The notes beneath the pieces were generated by a model. The model was not told where the DNA came from. It worked only from the letters and a program-made list of their open reading frames with translations, and ran no database searches. This document shows, in pieces, positions 62,001-64,000 of a DNA stretch of 64,000 bases. The stretch spans positions 26,404 to 90,403 of the forward strand of contig NW_004797280.1 of NCBI RefSeq assembly GCF_000002075.1, given 5' to 3'. The stretch comes from Aplysia californica (taxonomy: Eukaryota). How positions within the stretch are numbered: the first letter of the stretch is position 1; each line of letters begins with the position of its first letter. A program made the position numbers and the translations under genes.

Positions 62001-63147
62001 CCATGTGCTGTTGTGGGTAAATAAAACTGCACTTAGTATTGTCATAAACTCAGACTGTATTCTGTATTGAACAGTAACATTGTAATCTGTAAATTGTTTG
62101 GTATCCAGTCTGTGCACCAAACAATGAATGAAATTTTGTGTAATTGCATTTTCTTACTGGTTTTTGGTAATCACTTTTTAAGCTAAGAAAGAAATAGGCT
62201 TATCACTTTCGTTACTTTTGCAAGATTTTTGTATGATTGAACAATCTATATTATGCACTGTAGTCATGCCCTTGTATTTTCTGGAAAAGTCATTTTTCCA
62301 TGCCGCAAAAAAGATCTGGTGAAGAAAATGAGATGATGTCAAGTTTCTCTGAAATGTCAGCTTAGTGGAGACTAGGGTTTTGCTTTTAATGATTTGGTCA
62401 CAAAAGGATAATAATGTGGCTCCCCACATTTTATTTTCTCGGCCTGAGAGCTCCTGCTACAAATGTTCAAATGTTGAACAGTGTAAGGGTTGTCTGTGCA
62501 TAAAAGATTGTTTTGTATTGTGTACAAGTTGAATTGGGGACAAATTGACAGTGTTATATTTTTCTCTGCTCTCTAGTTTCCTGTATGGTTCTATCCCCAG
62601 AATGACCTTCCTGGTGTGCTCGGCGGGATTCACGGCCCCGCTTTTGTTTGACGAAAAGAAGCAGCCGTACCACCTGATGCTGCAGAAGTTTGTGTCCTGT
62701 GGGGGGCAGGCCTCGCTGTTTCAGTAAGTGGCTTTTGTTGTCTGGATCTGATGTAGGACAGGGCAGGGTGAAGAAAAAGCATGCTGATATTGTTCTTTAA
62801 ATGAATAAACCTTTCTTGATCTCTGATGAGAAATGTTAGTTCAGTCACGCTTGTGTTAACGACCACTTAATCCAATGATCACTTCCCTCGCTGCCCCCCT
62901 TTCATTATCTTCTCCCCCCCCCCAATCATATTTTGGCACTGTCTAAGAGGACCGCCTGTCTAGGATGACCACTTTTCTGTTCGACCATGGGTGGCCATCT
63001 CGAATAATTTTTATTGTATGTATGTGGCGGATTGAAATAATGTGATTGAAATGCTCTTTGTTTTTTCCTACAGGGCGTTCTCCTGGGCCCTGTCCATTGA
63101 CGGGAAAGTTCCTCTGTCTGAGGGACTGGAGCACCCAGATTTGCCGG
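29854..63147 (+). CDS. HUWE1: E3 ubiquitin-protein ligase HUWE1, N-terminal ARM-repeat (DUF908/DUF913) region; 28 coding exons, continues past the window end
   Basis: GT-AG exons with consistent phases splice to a 4057-nt open frame: [15 protein letters not shown]...CELYHW...SFSRHLY...[15 protein letters not shown]...[10 protein letters not shown]...[10 protein letters not shown]...[12 protein letters not shown]...[12 protein letters not shown]...[13 protein letters not shown]...DELMRHQP...SNNSTDDHC...[10 protein letters not shown]...PYHLMLQKF. These are collinear with the recalled human HUWE1 N-terminus. Confidence 0.97.
30507..30605 (+). CDS. HUWE1: HUWE1 coding exon 2 ([11 protein letters not shown]...WTFGK)
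   Basis: AG/GT bounded, phase 0-0. Confidence 0.95.
31238..31357 (+). CDS. HUWE1: HUWE1 coding exon 3 ([11 protein letters not shown]...SNVQ)
   Basis: AG/GT bounded, phase 0-0. Confidence 0.95.
31944..32120 (+). mobile_element. 5'-truncated retroelement 3' end (probable LINE 3'UTR); more copies at about 28998-29162, 47688-47872, 55385-55565, 56244-56420 (+) and 18407-18518 (-)
   Basis: Shared GGTTGGCGGGTGCTCTGGTGTGGTTTGCTCCTTC...CTCATATGACCTTATGCAGTTGCGAGCGCCGTAAAACC. Confidence 0.75.
32324..32484 (+). CDS. HUWE1: HUWE1 coding exon 4 ([25 protein letters not shown]...LLYVF)
   Basis: AG/GT bounded, phase 0-2. Confidence 0.95.
32827..32905 (+). CDS. HUWE1: HUWE1 coding exon 5 (SKRSNFISR...HLAE)
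   Basis: AG/GT bounded, phase 2-0. Confidence 0.95.
33229..33291 (+). CDS. HUWE1: HUWE1 coding exon 6 ([21 protein letters not shown])
   Basis: AG/GT bounded, phase 0-0. Confidence 0.95.
33672..33933 (+). ncRNA. SNORA53: SNORA53 (ACA53)-like long H/ACA snoRNA, copy 1 (intron 6)
   Basis: Motifs TTCCTTAGATCCAC, GTGCTTGAGTCATTGGC and ATATACCT match recalled SNORA53; H box ACAGTA (33818-33823); GGG-ACA-NNN 3' end; about 260 nt. Confidence 0.85.
34385..34645 (+). ncRNA. SNORA53: SNORA53-like H/ACA snoRNA, copy 2
   Basis: Near-identical to copy 1 with a few substitutions; H and ACA boxes intact. Confidence 0.82.
35083..35344 (+). ncRNA. SNORA53: SNORA53-like H/ACA snoRNA, copy 3
   Basis: Near-identical to copy 1; boxes intact. 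Confidence 0.83.
36024..36286 (+). ncRNA. SNORA53: SNORA53-like H/ACA snoRNA, copy 4
   Basis: Near-identical to copy 1; similarity to the other copies decays just after the ACA box. Confidence 0.83.
36514..36597 (+). CDS. HUWE1: HUWE1 coding exon 7 ([14 protein letters not shown]...KVSP)
   Basis: AG/GTGAGT bounded, phase 0-0. Confidence 0.92.
37195..37311 (+). CDS. HUWE1: HUWE1 coding exon 8 ([10 protein letters not shown]...PQEKR)
   Basis: AG/GT bounded, phase 0-0. Confidence 0.93.
38028..38127 (+). CDS. HUWE1: HUWE1 coding exon 9 ([10 protein letters not shown]...[10 protein letters not shown])
   Basis: AG/GT bounded, phase 0-1. Confidence 0.95.
38624..38724 (+). CDS. HUWE1: HUWE1 coding exon 10 (VYSSAIQE...GLIEELVD...ALV)
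   Basis: AG/GT bounded, phase 1-0. Confidence 0.95.
38808..38869 (+). ncRNA. SNORD27: SNORD27-like C/D snoRNA (intron 10)
   Basis: TTCTC stem, ATGATGT, guide ACAAGCATATG complementary to 18S CAUAUGCUUGU, degenerate D' CTGT, D CTGA, GAGAA stem. Confidence 0.75.
39397..39458 (+). CDS. HUWE1: HUWE1 coding exon 11 ([20 protein letters not shown])
   Basis: AG/GT bounded, phase 0-2. Confidence 0.95.
39581..39642 (+). ncRNA. SNORD27: SNORD27-like C/D snoRNA (intron 11)
   Basis: TTCTC/GAGAA stem, C box, ACAAGCATATG-T-CTGA, D box CTGA. Confidence 0.8.
39905..39993 (+). CDS. HUWE1: HUWE1 coding exon 12 ([29 protein letters not shown])
   Basis: AG/GT bounded, phase 2-1. Confidence 0.95.
40247..40770 (+). 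mobile_element. tRNA-derived SINE with Deu/Nin-like central domain and LINE-shared stem-loop tail
   Basis: A box TGGCCTAGAGG, B box GGTTCGAATCC, GCACGTTAAAGATCCC, tail GCGCTCATATGACCTTATGCAGTTGCGAGCGCCGTAAAAC; imperfect TSD AGTAAAATTA/AGTAAATTTA. Confidence 0.85.
40872..40952 (+). CDS. HUWE1: HUWE1 coding exon 13 ([26 protein letters not shown])
   Basis: AG/GT bounded, phase 1-1. Confidence 0.95.
41401..41486 (+). CDS. HUWE1: HUWE1 coding exon 14 ([17 protein letters not shown]...EHIT)
   Basis: AG/GT bounded, phase 1-0. Confidence 0.95.
41709..41784 (+). ncRNA. Orphan C/D snoRNA candidate, probable divergent member of the cluster (intron 14)
   Basis: TGGGG/CCCCA stem, C GTGATGC, guide AGGAATATTGTG-T, D' CCGA, C' TTGATGG, D CTGA; scaffold resembles the copy at 50124. 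Confidence 0.62.
42103..42204 (+). CDS. HUWE1: HUWE1 coding exon 15 ([21 protein letters not shown]...NRLE)
   Basis: AG/GT bounded, phase 0-0. Confidence 0.95.
42454..42522 (+). ncRNA. SNORD27: SNORD27-like C/D snoRNA (intron 15)
   Basis: TTTCTC/GAGAAA stem, ATGATGT, ACAAGCATATG-T-CCGA, C' TTGATGT, CTGA. Confidence 0.82.
42943..43228 (+). CDS. HUWE1: HUWE1 coding exon 16 ([13 protein letters not shown]...VMGVKK)
   Basis: AG/GTAAGT bounded, phase 0-1. Confidence 0.92.
43646..43714 (+). ncRNA. SNORD27: SNORD27-like C/D snoRNA, intron-16 array copy 1
   Basis: TTTCTC-AATGATGT-TTTACAAGCATATGT-CCGA-...GTGATGT...CTGA-GAGAAA. Confidence 0.82.
44134..44202 (+). ncRNA. SNORD27: SNORD27-like C/D snoRNA, intron-16 array copy 2
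   Basis: Same boxes, guide and stem. Confidence 0.82.
44591..44659 (+). ncRNA. SNORD27: SNORD27-like C/D snoRNA, intron-16 array copy 3
   Basis: Same boxes (C GTGATGT), guide and stem. Confidence 0.82.
45084..45152 (+). ncRNA. SNORD27: SNORD27-like C/D snoRNA, intron-16 array copy 4
   Basis: Same boxes and guide; C' variant GTGATAT. Confidence 0.8.
45554..45622 (+). ncRNA. SNORD27: SNORD27-like C/D snoRNA, intron-16 array copy 5
   Basis: Same boxes, guide and stem. Confidence 0.82.
46024..46092 (+). ncRNA. SNORD27: SNORD27-like C/D snoRNA, intron-16 array copy 6
   Basis: Same boxes, guide and stem. Confidence 0.82.
46496..46563 (+). ncRNA. SNORD27: SNORD27-like C/D snoRNA, intron-16 array copy 7
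   Basis: Same boxes, guide and stem. Confidence 0.82.
46958..47026 (+). ncRNA. SNORD27: SNORD27-like C/D snoRNA, intron-16 array copy 8
   Basis: Same boxes, guide and stem. Confidence 0.82.
47422..47523 (+). CDS. HUWE1: HUWE1 coding exon 17 ([22 protein letters not shown]...SIRH)
   Basis: AG/GT bounded, phase 1-1. Confidence 0.95.
48017..48097 (+). CDS. HUWE1: HUWE1 coding exon 18 ([26 protein letters not shown])
   Basis: AG/GT bounded, phase 1-1. Confidence 0.95.
48338..48407 (+). ncRNA. SNORD27: SNORD27-like copy with full 13-nt guide but degenerate C box (intron 18); possible pseudogene
   Basis: AGACAAGCATATG-T-CTGA...TGTGTGGACAATTTTG-CTGA-GAGAAA; no clean RTGATGA upstream. Confidence 0.6.
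48569..48675 (+). CDS. HUWE1: HUWE1 coding exon 19 ([20 protein letters not shown]...LLIKD)
   Basis: AG/GT bounded, phase 1-0. Confidence 0.95.
48695..48963. mobile_element. MITE; second copy at about 58315-58556
   Basis: TIR CAAAGTTCTATCTG/CAGATAGAACTTTG in both copies; shared interior. Confidence 0.75.
49112..49186 (+). ncRNA. SNORD27-derived C/D snoRNA with rewired guide CAAGCACGTG (intron 19)
   Basis: CATGCTGT/ACAGCATG stem, ATGATGT, TTTCAAGCACGTGT, D' CGTA, C' TTGACGA, D CTGA. Confidence 0.75.
49575..49752 (+). CDS. HUWE1: HUWE1 coding exon 20 ([25 protein letters not shown]...RRRRSSEPF)
   Basis: AG/GT bounded, phase 0-1. Confidence 0.95.
50124..50199 (+). ncRNA. SNORD27-derived C/D snoRNA with rewired guide (intron 20, first copy)
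   Basis: GTTTCTC/GAGAAAC stem, GTGATGT, TTTCAAGCACGTGT, D' CAGA, C' TTGATGA, D CTGA. Confidence 0.8.
50957..51032 (+). ncRNA. Rewired-guide C/D snoRNA, intron-20 array copy 1
   Basis: TGCTG/CAGCA stem, ATGATGT, TTTCAAGCACGTGT-CGTA, TTGACGA, CTGA. Confidence 0.75.
51554..51631 (+). ncRNA. Rewired-guide C/D snoRNA, intron-20 array copy 2
   Basis: Same boxes, guide and stem. Confidence 0.75.
52316..52393 (+). ncRNA. Rewired-guide C/D snoRNA, intron-20 array copy 3
   Basis: Same boxes, guide and stem. Confidence 0.75.
52866..52943 (+). ncRNA. Rewired-guide C/D snoRNA, intron-20 array copy 4
   Basis: Same boxes, guide and stem. Confidence 0.75.
53656..53733 (+). ncRNA. Rewired-guide C/D snoRNA, intron-20 array copy 5
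   Basis: Same boxes, guide and stem. Confidence 0.75.
54118..54184 (+). ncRNA. SNORD27: SNORD27-like C/D snoRNA (3' end of intron 20)
   Basis: GAGTCTC/GGGACTC stem, ATGATGC, ACAAGCATATG-T-CTGA, C' ATGAAGA, CTGA. Confidence 0.82.
54448..54539 (+). CDS. HUWE1: HUWE1 coding exon 21 ([18 protein letters not shown]...AIVK)
   Basis: AG/GT bounded, phase 1-0. Confidence 0.95.
54584..54773. mobile_element. Tc1/mariner-pogo-type MITE
   Basis: TA-CAGTTGAACCTG...CAGGTTCGACTG-TA; related end at 41858. Confidence 0.8.
54944..55011 (+). ncRNA. SNORD27: SNORD27-like C/D snoRNA (intron 21)
   Basis: AGTCTC/GGGACT stem, ATGATGC, ACAAGCATATG-T-CTGA, C' GTGAAGA, CTGA. Confidence 0.82.
55582..55832 (+). CDS. 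HUWE1: HUWE1 coding exon 22 (LLEEICSMG...[13 protein letters not shown]...SEP)
   Basis: AG/GTAAGG bounded, phase 0-2. Confidence 0.92.
55846..56195 (-). mobile_element. Full-length CORE-SINE, antisense in HUWE1 intron 22
   Basis: Near-identical to 17980-18330. Confidence 0.9.
56563..56840 (+). mobile_element. Degenerate CORE-SINE
   Basis: GGTTTGAATCC, TTGTGTCCTTGGGAAAGACA, AAGATCTTGTCAGTTT. Confidence 0.75.
56932..57001 (+). ncRNA. SNORD27: Canonical SNORD27 (intron 22)
   Basis: Perfect C box ATGATGA, 13-nt guide AGACAAGCATATG-T-CTGA, D CTGA. Confidence 0.88.
57201..57249 (+). CDS. HUWE1: HUWE1 coding exon 23 ([16 protein letters not shown])
   Basis: AG/GT bounded, phase 2-0. Confidence 0.93.
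58627..58803 (+). CDS. HUWE1: HUWE1 coding exon 24 ([17 protein letters not shown]...VCKSIL)
   Basis: AG/GT bounded, phase 0-0. Confidence 0.95.
58850..59060 (+). mobile_element. CORE-SINE 3' fragment
   Basis: GGTCTGCTGGGGTA...GTAAAG...(ATT)n tail. Confidence 0.7.
59103..59182 (+). ncRNA. SNORD27: Canonical SNORD27 (intron 24)
   Basis: 8-bp stem GCTTTCTT/AAGAAAGC, GTGATGA, AGACAAGCATATG-T-CTGA, CTGA. Confidence 0.9.
59876..60121 (+). CDS. HUWE1: HUWE1 coding exon 25 (TLSREPQV...[16 protein letters not shown])
   Basis: AG/GT bounded, phase 0-0. Confidence 0.95.
60727..60879 (+). ncRNA. Candidate long C/D-type RNA (intron 25)
   Basis: TTGATGA at the 5' end, two internal GTGATGA, internal CTGA, terminal CTGA with TTTG/CAAA flanks, GGTAGAAAGTTT/AAGACTTCTACC complementarity. 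Confidence 0.35.
60894..61795 (+). CDS. HUWE1: HUWE1 coding exon 26 ([13 protein letters not shown]...LVWESTVLL...low-complexity linker...PQPKLR)
   Basis: AG/GT bounded, phase 0-2, 902 nt. Confidence 0.93.
62601..62723 (+). CDS. HUWE1: HUWE1 coding exon 27 ([30 protein letters not shown]...LF)
   Basis: AG/GT bounded, phase 2-2. Confidence 0.95.
63074..63147 (+). CDS. HUWE1: HUWE1 coding exon 28 ([24 protein letters not shown])
   Basis: AG/GT bounded, phase 2-1. Confidence 0.94.
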
Positions 63148-63668
63148 GTATGTCATTGTAATTGTTGGAGGTAGTAGCAGTGAAAGAATTATGGCCCATG
63201 ATTTCTTCCTGGAATGTGTCTGATTTTGTTGCTTTGTACTTGTCATGGTTATCATGTTTGGGGACTTGAAACATTTAGAACTATTGTGTTTTGTTATATA
63301 TGTGCTCATTATAGCTAGTTTTAGTTTCCTTTATAAGATACGAGGGTTGTCAATTGTGGTAGAGATGGAGTGCTAGAAAATATGACGGTTTGTGAACGAA
63401 AAGACAGTGTATTGAAAAATTGTGTATTGTTTAGTCATGAGGATGTCAGTGAGGCAGACTGGAGAAGCCGTCCATGGAACAATAATAAACTAAAGGGAAG
63501 ACAGCTGTACACGACGATTGTTGGGTGTGTTATTCCGATGGATAGGGGGTGCTCAAACGAATTTCAATAATGTCATTAGACTTTTTTTCATGAGTATTTA
63601 GGGTTCGGGTGTTTATTTCAAGATCATTTTATTTATTCGCGATCTGTGGTTACGAACTGGATGCAGTG

Positions 63669-63749
63669 GTTTTCATGATGATGAATTTAATATAGACAAG
63701 CATATGTCTGATGTAAGAAATGAGTGCTTCATGTTTTCTGAAAGAAAGC
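63669..63749 (+). ncRNA. SNORD27: Canonical SNORD27 (intron 28)
   Basis: ATGATGA, AGACAAGCATATG-T-CTGA, CTGA, TTTC/GAAA stem. Confidence 0.88.
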
Positions 63750-64000
63750 TTGCTGATATGGCTTTAAATGTTCAGGGTACAGTAATGTTCATGTAAATAG
63801 ATTTGGATTGAAATATTCTATTGAAAGCGCAAAACAACTTATGCAAACATTTTTCATTTGAATTGGTTATTGATGAGTTACTGACTGAGGGAATTGCTAT
63901 TCAAATTTTTTTAAAATATGAACTGATTCGTCATCATTGGAAAAGGTTGTTCAGTTAGAAAAAGTAAAATGTATTTAATTAACAGTATTTTCGCTGTTGA

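Noticed and set aside
62768-62827. C/D snoRNA guiding U2 (CTTGATCT-CTGA)
   Set aside because: Only 8-nt complementarity, degenerate C box and no terminal stem.

Overview
Eukaryotic (animal, most likely a mollusc or other lophotrochozoan; this is inferred from the repeat families and a CCCTAA tract) genomic window with assembly gaps. Positions 1-22 kb are repeat-rich intergenic DNA: CORE-SINEs, RTE and RNase H LINE relics, MITEs, micro- and minisatellites. From about 22.3 kb to the window end lies the 5' part of the HECT E3 ligase gene HUWE1 on the + strand: a candidate non-coding first exon and 28 coding exons that I spliced by hand into one open frame of 4057 nt (about 1352 aa). The gene continues beyond the window. 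The notable feature is that these introns host an expanded and diversifying snoRNA cluster. There are 24 SNORD27/snR74-like box C/D copies in 11 introns, including tandem arrays of 8 (intron 16) and 7 (intron 20). There are also 4 tandem SNORA53-like H/ACA copies in intron 6 and a few further orphan candidates. Seventeen C/D copies keep the guide for 18S Am27/28. Seven share a rewired guide that mismatches 18S exactly at the methylation position, and one probable extra paralogue has a wholly new guide. Family assignments are from recalled reference sequences; no database search was run.
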